Shown: piece by piece, positions 53,331 through 64,000 of the stretch
Layout: each line of letters starts with the position of its first letter
Numbering within the stretch: position 1 is the stretch's first letter
Origin: Octopus bimaculoides
Taxonomy: Eukaryota
Direction of reading: 5' to 3'
Assembly (NCBI RefSeq): GCF_001194135.2
Contig: NC_068989.1
Coordinates: forward strand, 77,687,713-77,751,712
Length of the DNA stretch: 64,000 nucleotides
The notes under the pieces: model-generated
Seen by the model: only the letters and a program-made list of their open reading frames with translations
Told to the model about the DNA's origin: nothing
Databases searched by the model: none
Made by a program: the position numbers and the translations under genes

Positions 53331-53645
53331 CACGAGTCTCTTATCCAATGTTGATTGCTTCCATTAAGTTCGGAAATTGTGATGAACAACATCTACCAAC
53401 ATTATAAGGGACCTCTGAGCCCTCAGAAACATTTTGATGTCTGAACAACAAGATACGAAATCAACGATGATCTCGCTATATCTGTTGCTGTAGGAAACTT
53501 GCCTCCCATGTTAGTCATATTACGATAGTGCTTCTGGGGTTATTAGGTTGTTTTGACTCTTACTTCTAGCAATGCTGGTGCAGATTAGTGACATATTTGT
53601 CATCCCAGTGACGTATACATTTCTGCCTGTATATATATATATATA

Positions 53646-53693
<48 letters not shown>

Positions 53694-54519
53694 TCCATGT
53701 GTGTGCGTGCGTATGTATGCATATGTATGTATCTATGCATTTATGTATCTATGTATGTATGTATAATTGTACTGATTGGTTATTGACTGGATCAAAAAAA
53801 TATTAATGCATATGATTGAGTTTGCATGCATGCTCATGTGTGCATGTGTGTATGTGTGTGTGTGTTTGTGTGGGTGGTCCAACCGAAACTAACGGTAGTC
53901 ACATAATTTGCCGCTTGATGTGCTCGAATACAGACGTATAGAGTAAAGTAGTTGTAAAGCGAGCTCCTTAGTAACTCAGTCTCAAGTAAAATATATTTAT
54001 ATAAGTATATATGAATATATCAAAATTAGAAGCTACGCACCAGTAACTGCGAAACTCGCACCAACTATGTAATAACTCCAACAGATCTATCAGTCTGTAG
54101 CAATTTCATAATCCACAATAACAGTATAACACTCATTAATTGAACATATTACAGTTGAATCCTAAATATAATAATGTATAGTACGGGAAGATTGCAGACT
54201 TCGCTATAGAGAACACTTAAACATATCGACAACATTATATACCTGTTATTTGTTTTATTGATCTCGGACGAATGATATTTAATACCAAGATTGGAAGTTA
54301 ATTTGAAGAATTTACAATAAAGACGACGTATTCTTAAAGGTGGTATGAAATTTGTAGTAAGGTATATGGTAAACTTTGACAGCTGCTCATGTTGCGCCAT
54401 TATTATATTTTGACGATCTTTATTTTTTGTTAGAAAGCTGACCTATCTATTTCTTTAATCTAACTCATTTTGCGCTTTAAAAAGTATTTATAAATCATTT
54501 TTTTTGCTAATTTTCTTTA

Positions 54520-55436
54520 TCGATAGATAAGTCGGAAATTGGTACAGATTTGAAATATGAGTTCTGGACAGCTCGGAATATTAATGAAGTATTTCATTTT
54601 AATGTTATTACACAGCAGACAGTATCAAATTGGCTTGCACAATTTCGTTCTGGCATCTTTGACCTCACAAATGAGCAACGCAGTCACAAGAAACAAAGAT
54701 GGATAACGACGAACTTAAAGCCACCGTCGAGTCAGATCCATCTCAAAATGAATTATCGTTGTTATTTGGCTTTAGTAAGCAAACAGTATTGACTCACTTA
54801 GTTCAAATCGGTAAAATGAAAACGTTGGATAAGTGGGTTCTACATGAACTCAATGAAAATCAGAAACAGCAACGTTTGGAAGCCTGCATTATGCTATTTT
54901 CTCGTCACAAAAATAAATAATTTTTGAATGGAATTGTAACATGTGATGAGAAATGGATCCAATACAGCAACCGTAAACGTTCAGCACAATGGCTGGACAA
55001 AGACGAGCCACCAAAACAGTCCAAAAAAGCAAAATTCATCAAAAGAAGCTGATGGTGTATGTTTGGTGGTCTGGCGTAGGTGTGATCCATTATGATTTCA
55101 TTAGACCTGGCTCATCAATCACGGCCGAAGTATGCTGCAGCGAAATAGACCAAATGATGCAGGAACTTACAAAAAAAACCCAAAAAAACACAACCTAGAT
55201 TAGTCAATAGATCCACTCCTGTCTTATTGCAAGACAACGCCAGACCACACATCGCAAAAATGACATTGACGAAACTACAAGATTTGCGGTTCGAAGTTCT
55301 CCATCATCCACCATACTCACTGGATCTTGTCCACACTGACTACCACTCCTTCTAGAATTTGGATAACTTCTTGATAGGACGAAATTTAATTCCGGCGATG
55401 CTGTAAAACAGGCCTTCCAAGATTTTATTGACTCTA
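54520..55436 (+). mobile_element. Mariner DD34D transposase pseudogene, 3'-truncated
   Basis: TV.NW...FRSG, KWVLHELNENQK, IVTCDEKW, LMVYVWW..GVIHY, LLQDNARPH...HPPYSLDLVHTD with 34 residues between the 2nd and 3rd catalytic D; several frameshifts and stops. Confidence 0.95.
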
Positions 55437-56910
55437 GTAAGGTTGAGGGCGGTACGCAATGTTGCCATCTAGAGATAAGCCCCGAAACGGCGTGCATTCT
55501 CTTCTGATGACTACATACACTTGTTGGCTTCTGGTATGCGGAGGTTCCGACTGGTAGCACTCGCGTGTGCAAGTTGTTTGCAAAACATCATTAGCTTCTT
55601 TGCTTCGGTTCTTAGTTTTTAGGTTAAACAATGTTATCGTCTATTTAAACGGCCTGTTAAACACGCCTGTCGTTGACTGCTTTATTGAAGTGTATCCTTT
55701 TGCACTCTCCAGTTTCAGGAAACCATCAATCCCTCTAGCATTAGTGATCTTCGAACACTGTCTATTATAGAGAGGGAGACTTGCAAGGATGGACAACTGC
55801 CTCTTTATCTCTAAAGCTCAAAACCTGGCCAAGACATTTATGAGCTGGTACATGGTTAAACTTGTCCGATAGAAACATCTCGTACAAATTGCTCCCCGTA
55901 TCAAATTTTTAATTGCAAATTATTGTATATTTGTGCGATTAGCATCATTGAAATTTACGTTAGCAATTTCTAAATTAACATTGTAGAATTTCGAGTCAAC
56001 TAAGGAACCTACTTGCTTACTCAACCTGCTAGAAACAATAAACTAATATCCCTCAGATAACGCCGTTTTATTAAAAGGACTTATTTAGGTAACAGTTAAC
56101 CTTAGGTCCACTCTGTAAAAGAAATACTCAACATATAGAAGACACACCTTTGGCTATATCTCTAGTAGAAAGAGCTGACCTCTGTATAAACAAAAAAACA
56201 GCAACAACAACAACTTATTAAGAGTAGCTTTCTGTGTCGTCTTCGTCACCAGTTAATCGTAAAACATTATTAACAAAATCTATCCTGTTTTGAATTGTAA
56301 ATGTTTCGTGATAGGTACTTAATTAGATATTGATTTCTTTCAGACTATTGAATAGGAAATGTTGATGTCTATACTTTCTTTGTGTGAGTATTGACGTCAT
56401 GATTGAAGTTAATTAATCTTGACTGTGTATCGCAAGGGTCTCGTACAGTTTGCTACCTAACTTCTTTTTTATGTCTTAATGCATAACTGCTTTAATTGTT
56501 ACACGATGACAAATACACTGAATGCCTTGTACGGCGATATTTTTTACGTTCTGTTCATTGTAAAACATCGTTGTGAAGTTTGAATTATTGTTTACAGAAT
56601 CTATTTTTGCTCAGAATAGTAAGTGATGCTTGGTATTCCACCTGCTCATCATATTGATCTTTTGTGCAATAGAGGAAGAAACTAAAATAATGCAATGTTT
56701 CATGTTCCTCATTGAAGTGTTATATTATATTATCTCTCTATAGAATATTAGCTTTATAAAAAGAATTATCTCTATCAATATTGAGTTTTACATGTCACCA
56801 CAAGTTCCTAATAAGCCATCCTATATTCTAAGGCGTTTAGTTCATTAATCTGCCACAAGTAACCAGCAACCAAAAGAGTGGTTTAAAATCAATTTAATCA
56901 GATGAAATAT

Positions 56911-57272
56911 AGGCGAAGTAGTGGCGGTGTGGTAAGTAGCTTGCTTACGAACCACATGGTACCGGGTTCAGTGGGACTGAACCCGGTACCATGTACATTA
57001 TAGCTTCGGGCCGACCAAAACCTTGTGAGTGGATTTGGTGGACAGAAACTGGAAGACGCTCGTCGTATATATGTATGTATGGATGTATGTATGTATGTAT
57101 GTGTGTATGTTTGTGTGTCTGTGTTTGTCCTCTCACTATCGCTTAACAACCGACGTTGGTGTGTTTGTGTCCCCGTAAATTAGCGGTTCGGCAAAAAGAG
57201 ACCGATAGAATAAGTACTAAAGGCGGTGCTCCAGCATGACCGCAGTCAAATGACTGAAGCAAATAAAAGAAT
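56911..57272 (+). mobile_element. SINE family B containing a local fold-back inversion
   Basis: Family B head and tail are intact; the CORE-like segment is replaced by a perfect 19-bp hairpin at 56954-56994. Confidence 0.9.
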
Positions 57273-57507
57273 ACAACAGGAATCAATTTTATCCCCAAAA
57301 TATATCTCAATTCAAAACGCCTTCTGCAGACAGAACACCCAGTAAAGTTCCCACAATTTCGCCCTTGTTTTTTTGGTGAGAAGGAATACTGAATCTTCAA
57401 GTATAAGCATTAAAATGTATATATATGTGTGTGCAAATGCAAAGGTATATATGTATGTGCGGATTTGCATGCTTTATGTATGTATATATATATACAAATA
57501 CATACAA

Positions 57508-57635
57508 AAAGAAACCGAAAGAATAAGTACTAGGCTACCAAAGAATAAGTTCTGGGGTCGATTTGCTCGACTAAAGGTGGTGCCCCAGCATGACCGCAGT
57601 CAAATGACTGAAACAAGTAAAAGAGTAAAAGAGAA
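57508..57635 (+). mobile_element. SINE family B 3' tail
   Basis: GAATAAGTACTAGGCTACCAAAGAATAAGTTCTGGGGTCGATTTGCTCGACTAAAGG...GACTGAAACAAGTAAAAGAG. Confidence 0.88.
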
Positions 57636-59589
57636 TATATATATATATATATAAAAGATAATAAGAGTGAAAAAACTACAGAAGGCTTGTGTTACGTGGT
57701 TAAAGTACATATTTAAATCATGTCAGAAAAATGTTAGAAAATTGTTATAAAAATGTTATAAACATGTTATACAAATGTTATAAAATCTTTTTGGTATATA
57801 AACATTGTATTTTGAGAAATAACCGGTTTCGTGTTGTCTTTTCAAATTTCTCTACTTCATTGTAACGTGTTCGCTATATATANNNNNNNNNNNNNATATA
57901 TATATATATATATATATATACATATTAATATTAATAAAGAGTGTGGAGACTTCTACATCCACAAAATCTATTTTATAGTTATATACAGTATATTATGATG
58001 AACTACACGTGTTACACATCGGAAAGTTTCACTGAGTGACCAGCAATCAAGTGTAGTCACAGACGTTAAAAACTGTTCATTGTAATTAGCCGTCAACTGG
58101 TATTTAACTGAGAGCTAATACGCTGTCCACACGCATAAATATATCCCTCCAAACTCTCTTTTATATAGATAAATAGATAGATAGATAGACAGATACATAC
58201 ATACATAATACTACATACATGCATAAATTCATACATGCAGGCATACATACATATTTAGGCAGCTCGTCAGCCAAGCGTCTACTTCGCCCGTTAGTCCTTG
58301 GAGAGTCCTTAAGACAGTATCCTCATTCTATTCGTCCATAAAATTGTATCACAAGCGGCCATTAGTCAACTTCCTTCCAGGATTTCCAAGCATGACTAAC
58401 ACAGACAATGGATACTAAGCAACAATCTCGTTCTTGTTCTATCTTGGTTCGTCTAATGACTCTTTCCTGCAACATTCTTATCATACGTCCATGTACTGGA
58501 TCTGTGACTTCTGACAGCGGAGAAGCAGGAAACTGTATTGAAGAAAACACGTTTGGCTTTTATATATATATGTGTGTGCACGTATATGTAACCGATATAT
58601 ATTTTTTATGACTTCCTTCAACCCTCTAACACTAATGGCGACATTTCAAGTTTTATTTTGAAAGTAGTGCTACGCTTAGAAACATGTAAATTACCCCGGT
58701 AAAAATATATGAATATGTACGTATTGATTTTGAAATTTATAGACAGTATATATTTTTCAAAGTCAATGTTATTTTGTCTCAAATTTTTCCGTATTACAAT
58801 ATAATTGTCACTCTAAATATGAATTTACTTTTATATGTATTGAATGGTGTAAGTAAAAAAAAACAAAAAAAACTGTGTGCTTAGAAATATACATATATGT
58901 TTGTGTGCGTACATATGTGGACGTATTTATGTATGCAGGGATGTATATATCTATGTATATACATACGTACATTTATGTATGTTTATTGGAATGTGCATAC
59001 ATATGTATATCAATAACTCTGTATGAATATATATATATANNNNNNNNNNTATATATATATATACATATACACACATATATCTATGTATATATCCGTCTAT
59101 CTATGTATTTATCTCGATATATATATTCAATGTGTGCATTCATTCTATAGAAATTTTCATTGAATTTTGTATACGATTTATCAAACTATTCCTAGCTTTG
59201 TCTTTTTTTTATGAACATTAAAGTTACTTTTCGAGTATTATTTAAGATATTTCGTGACACTAAATGTAAAAAGAAACACGCTATCTTGAGGAAACGAGCC
59301 CAATGTAAATATTTATACATAGAGAGTATAAGTTTTATACATAAATATAGATACACACACACACACACAGCCCCCCCACATACACACACACACTTACACA
59401 CGCACACACTCACATACACACACATGTATATAATGGAGAGAGGTCTACACAGGATTCACGCATAAATATACTGTTAGATTGTGTTCGAACGATGTGACAA
59501 GTGTAATATCTCTTCTAATAAAGTAATATTTAATGACTATTTATACGATAACTGAAGGTTTGCGTGTCTTACATAAGATTATTTAGGCT

Positions 59590-59622
59590 TTTCCATTATT
59601 ATTACTAATATCATTATTATTA

Positions 59623-59675
<53 letters not shown>

Positions 59676-59703
59676 GTTAACATTATTATTATTATTACTA
59701 TCA

Positions 59704-59761
<58 letters not shown>

Positions 59762-59835
59762 TCATAATGACGTTGGTGCTGCTGCTGTTGTCCCTGCTGT
59801 TGTTTCCATCGTCGTCGTCGTCATCGTTATCGTAT
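59590..59835. repeat. (ATT)n-dominated compound trinucleotide array
   Basis: Direct inspection. Confidence 0.95.
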
Positions 59836-60530
59836 TCCATTTTATTAATAAAAGAAATCAATGTTAATAGTGGTAAATGTTGTCATTATGGATGTTAGTG
59901 TTGTTGTGGTTATATGTAGAATAATGTAGTTACAAAGTAACACGAATTTTTAACCAGAGTGTGTTTATAAACAAAAACACATACACAAACACAAGCACAC
60001 ACACACAAACACATACAAACACAAACACATAAATAGATAGATAATAGAGTGAGAGATAGATAGATAGATTGATGAAGATACATACACACACACACACACA
60101 TATATANNNNNNNNNNNNNNNNNNNNNNNNNNNNNNNNNNNNNNNNNNNNNNNNNNNNNNNNNNNNNNNNNNNNNNNNNNNNNNNNNNNNNNNNNNNNNN
60201 NNNNNNNNNNNNNNNNNNNNNNNNNNNNNNNNNNNNNNNNNNNNNNNNNNNNNNNNNNNNNNNNNNNNNNNNNNNNNNNNNNNNNNNNNNNNNNNNNNNN
60301 NNNNNNNNNNNNNNNNNNNNNNNNNNNNNNNNNNNNNNNNNNNNNNNNNNNNNNNNNNNNNNNNNNNNNNNNNNNNNNNNNNNNNNNNNNNNNNNNNNNN
60401 NNNNNNNNNNNNNNNNNNNNNNNNNNNNNNNNNNNNNNNNNNNNNNNNNNNNNNNNNNNNNNNNNNNNNNNNNNNNNNNNNNNNNNNNNNNNNNNNNNNN
60501 NNNNNNNNNNNNNNNNNNNNNNNNNNNNNA

Positions 60531-60544
<14 letters not shown>

Positions 60545-60563
<19 letters not shown>

Positions 60564-60740
60564 TGTTGTATTTCGGGATGATCATTTTTTTGAGAAATAG
60601 ACACACGCACACTATATATACTTTTTCATCACCCGTCTTTTACTGTTCTTATTTTATTATTTTAACTCTTGTATGGAAATCTTTCGTCACACATCTGTGA
60701 CCACTTCAGTGACATTTTTCGTTTTCATGTGTGTTCTTGC
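60545..60740 (-). mobile_element. PLE-type pLTR (family D copy 2) with hammerhead-like motif at 60671-60715
   Basis: Minus strand TGTCA-CTGAAGT-G-GTCACA(GATG)TGTGAC-GAAA-GATTTC; perfect 6-bp stem II, A9 mutated; homologous to 32160-32345. Confidence 0.65.
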
Positions 60741-60769
60741 CCCACTGGATCGATAAGAGGTAGAGCCCC

Positions 60770-61785
60770 TCCCCTATTATAACTTCTATGGCCAAGAAAA
60801 CCCTAAAGAGAGATGGAACGGGAGGACCAGAGCTATTTGGACCCCCGAAAATAATGATAAATTAAAAAAGTTTCTCGCACTTTCGGTGGGTACGACCACA
60901 CTCAAATGCCATATATTTAACTTTAATAACAAAATATACGCCGAAGAGGAATGTGCAGCCATCGGTCTCAGCATTGCTGGCGATGTGGCTGACCTATTTA
61001 TGGTATGGTAGGATAGGAGGTTTAAAGAGAAATTAGCAGAGAACTCCATAAACTTAACCATCTACTCCCGCAACGAGGATGATAGCAACATAGTAGCCAG
61101 AGCACACCTACAAGACAATGTTAATGATCTAGAAGCTAACACTATAGAGAGCATCCAGCAAAGAGCTAACTCTATCCATCATAATATAGAAATAACGATA
61201 GACTACCCTAGTAAGCACCCTAACTATAGATTACCTGCTTTAGACTTTGACCTCTGTCTAGAAACGAAGAACGGTAAGACCCAGGTTATTCACTCTCATT
61301 TTGCCAAACCCATGGCCTCTAAGTACTTGTTCGGACGAAGGCAGCGATTGCGGACAATGCCAAGTTCAACATTTCGAAAGTTGACTTGGTGAGTGTAATG
61401 AGGAATGTGTCTGGCATGTCCGACTCGATGGAATTGGAAGGACACATACAACACTTCACCCTTGCATGCAGTTCTCTGGCTACAACCAAAGGGAAAGGAT
61501 TACAGTGTACAAAGGAGCCAGGACTAAGTACAAAGCCATCATAGACAGTGATGCTAAGAAGATCTGCCCGCCGTACAGGAGTAAATCGTGGAATAGCAGC
61601 GCGGAAATGACCAGTAATAAGATAAATAAGGCCAACACTTGATATGACGAGAAATACCAGACAGTCATGTTCGTGGATGCTACTCCTTACGGCAAACTAG
61701 CACACCTTTTTAGAAAAACATTACGTAAGGCTAATCTACTAATTAAAGTAGTAGACTGGCCTGGCGACCCATGTACTGAGGGACG
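60770..61785 (+). mobile_element. Penelope-like element reverse transcriptase pseudogene (RT core to thumb/linker)
   Basis: HIFNFNNKIY...AAIGLSIAGDVADLFMVW*DRRF...IYSRNEDD (decayed YxRYVDD)...ANSIHHNIEITIDYPSKHPNYRLPALD...HFAKPM, then MQFSGY...PPYRSKSW...VMFVDATP...IKVVD. About 330 codons with stops and frameshifts. Confidence 0.9.
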
Positions 61786-62301
61786 GTGAAAAAACATGAC
61801 ATCTGTCATTTTAATGAATTTTAATTACCTTTTTCTGATGATATCTGAAAAGAAACAGCAAATTTAGCAAAACATATTAAGCAACGCTAATAATAAATCA
61901 ATAAACATAAAAATAAACAAGCTTTTGACGGTTTTATAGAAACTTCAAACTTATGAAGCTATGCTGTTAGGTGTTTCCATTATTTATATGATCACACTTA
62001 GGCATACTCATATACACATATATAAACATCTATGTTTGTACATGCATAAGTATAAATTAAGGATCGGAAAGTGAATCTAATATCTATATTCTACGGAGTT
62101 TCCTCTTGGAAATAAATACTACAAATGGTGTTCCTTGTAGTGTATGTATCTTTCTGCTTTTCATCTTCTTATTAGACTTAGACCTTTACACAGACACGTT
62201 TATAAGCAAAGACAGGATATGGGTGCGTGTGAGTAGGTGTGTGTGTGTGTTGTGTGTGGGTGTGCGTGCGTGTACATTTGTGTACCTGTGTGTGTCTGTG
62301 C

Positions 62302-62332
<31 letters not shown>

Positions 62333-63140
62333 AGAATAGATGTACGAATGGGGAACAAACCGTTATGTTTGTAGGAATTCTTTAATGTCGAAGGAAACTA
62401 GCATATACGTAGTGTGTAGAAATGTGCATATGTGTGTCTGTCCTCGTTTTTGTGCTTGTGTGTATTGTGTATGCGTGTGTATTTTGTACGTTTGTCTTTA
62501 GTTGTGTGATGTTTTGTGTACTTGTGTAAAACTGATGTGCATACATGATCTAAGAGATTCTCGATCTTTCTATACTTATACACCAAAGGCTGAATAATTT
62601 GACAAATCATTCTGCACGCAGATGAACTGTGTTACATCAAAGAACAGACTGTTACCAGTAAATGGAAGATGAGTAATACATCTTATACAGCCATTCATGA
62701 ATACTTGTAGTATGTAAATAGATTCTTGTGAATATTCACATAATTTTGTATATTGCTTTAGAACGGAGGAACATCTTGCAAATGTTTTCAGTTGCTTTCA
62801 ACATCGATTCAATCTATATAGTTTACAATGAATATGAAGCATATCTGCTTCTTTGTTTCATCGGTATTGAGGGAGTGGGTTTTGCTCAGTAAGGAAGGTT
62901 TGTAGTACACATGACTTTCAAAATTGTTGGCAGGAGGACAGTCTCAAACTGGGAACCTTATCTGAATGCGTGCAGTGAGCAAAATGGACACCTTTGATAA
63001 ATGTACCCGAAATTGTTTCATCTGCACAAGCACCAGGGGTCAGTGTTAAACTAATTTTCTGAACTGATGCACAACACATATACGCTACGGTGAGATTTGA
63101 ACTAAAGGCGAAGAGAAAATTAATAGAGAAGATAATTTAA

Positions 63141-63820
63141 TGGAGTGCAAGATGTGGTTTTAGCACCATTTGGCGTTTATCTTTAGCATGTTGGTGTTGT
63201 TTATCAGCACCCGTTATTATAATTATATCTTTATAATGATATATCGTATTAAATGTTACCTGTATGGTTTTTATTACATGCTGGTCACTTGATAAAATAT
63301 AACGATTTTATCCTTAATTATGTATAAACATATATTAGTTACTCCGATCTAGTTATATTCACTGCGGTGTTATTTTTATTGTAAATGCATGTGGTTGAGG
63401 TGAATAAATTAGATTAGACTCGTATATACGTGTGAATATATGTATATATACGTGTGGAAATATGTTATTCTTAGGGGTATGTATAAATACTTGTAGTTAT
63501 GTACTGTGGGCATATTATACTGAAGACGGCAGAGGAATTTTATATCTCTAAGCTATAAATCGATCTATATTTAACTACTTTTTAAAAAAATCTTTTGTAT
63601 TGGTTTTCTCAATTTCAACCTGTGCTAACGGAATGCAAGATGTGATTCTAGAACCATTTGGCGTCTATCTCTAGAAGGTTGGTGTTGTTTATCAGCACCA
63701 TTTATTATAATCATAACTTTATACTTATTTAATAGTATTAATTGTTACATTTGTGGTTTTTATTACATGCTGGCCAATTGATAAAGTGTTATAACGATTT
63801 TAATCGTAATTATGTATATA
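63141..63820 (+). repeat. Diverged direct repeat of about 190 bp (63141-63328 and 63629-63820)
   Basis: Shared TGCAAGATGTG.TT.TAG.ACCATTTGGCGT.TATCT.TAG.A.GTTGGTGTTGTTTATCAGCACC...TTATTACATGCTGG...TAACGATTTTA...TAATTATGTATA. Confidence 0.85.
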
Positions 63821-63821
63821 A

Positions 63822-63980
63822 ATGAGTGGCTGTGTGTTAAGGAGCATGCCCACTGACCACAAGGTTCAGGATTCAGTCTCACTGCGTGGCACATTGGGCA
63901 AGTGTCTCGTACTATACCCTCGGGCTGACCAAAGCCGTGTGAGATGATTTGGCAGACGGAAACAGAAAGAAGTCCGTCAA
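63822..63980 (+). mobile_element. SINE family B 5' half (runs to the window end)
   Basis: GAGTGGCTGTGTGTTAAG...TTCAGTCTCACTGCGTGGCACATTGGGCAAGTGTC...GGCAGACGGAAAC. Confidence 0.88.
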
Positions 63981-64000
63981 TATATATATATATATATATA

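Noticed and set aside
55478-55515. GAAAC...CTGATGA in permuted hammerhead order
   Set aside because: The cleavage triplet would be GUG and neither stem I nor stem II pairs.
55434-55830. Minus-strand frame of about 130 codons with two internal stops next to the mariner break
   Set aside because: No recognisable motif; left unannotated pending a translated search.
58260-58520. Possible RTE-like LINE remnant on the minus strand
   Set aside because: Similarity too weak to support a call.
62750-62900. Candidate exon after TATTGCTTTAG (RRNILQMFSVAFNIDS...)
   Set aside because: Weak donor, no recognisable domain and no partner exons.

Overview
AT-rich, repeat-saturated animal DNA from a gapped scaffold (16 N-runs, nearly all flanked by microsatellites). 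The SINE repertoire and very high di-, tri- and tetranucleotide repeat load point to a cephalopod, most likely Octopus (inference). I found no supportable host protein-coding exon, rRNA, tRNA gene or CRISPR array, and nearly all listed ORFs are microsatellite or N artefacts. The real content is fossil mobile DNA: about 25 tRNA-derived SINE copies from three families; decayed Tc1/mariner elements (two DD37D maT-type, one DD34D mariner, one mariner fold-back MITE); a probable piggyBac fossil; CR1-type and Dong/R4-type LINE fragments; and three coding remnants of Penelope-like elements (PLEs: two GIY-YIG, one RT). The most interesting signal is non-coding: at least six minimal hammerhead-ribozyme-like motifs from three distinct families. 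One family (three copies) has a shared non-canonical CUGUNGA core, one copy is linked to a Pol III B-box in a SINE/retrozyme-like unit, and one family lies inverted against different PLE coding fragments. All hammerhead calls come from reading the sequence by eye; activity is untested and several copies carry probably inactivating changes.
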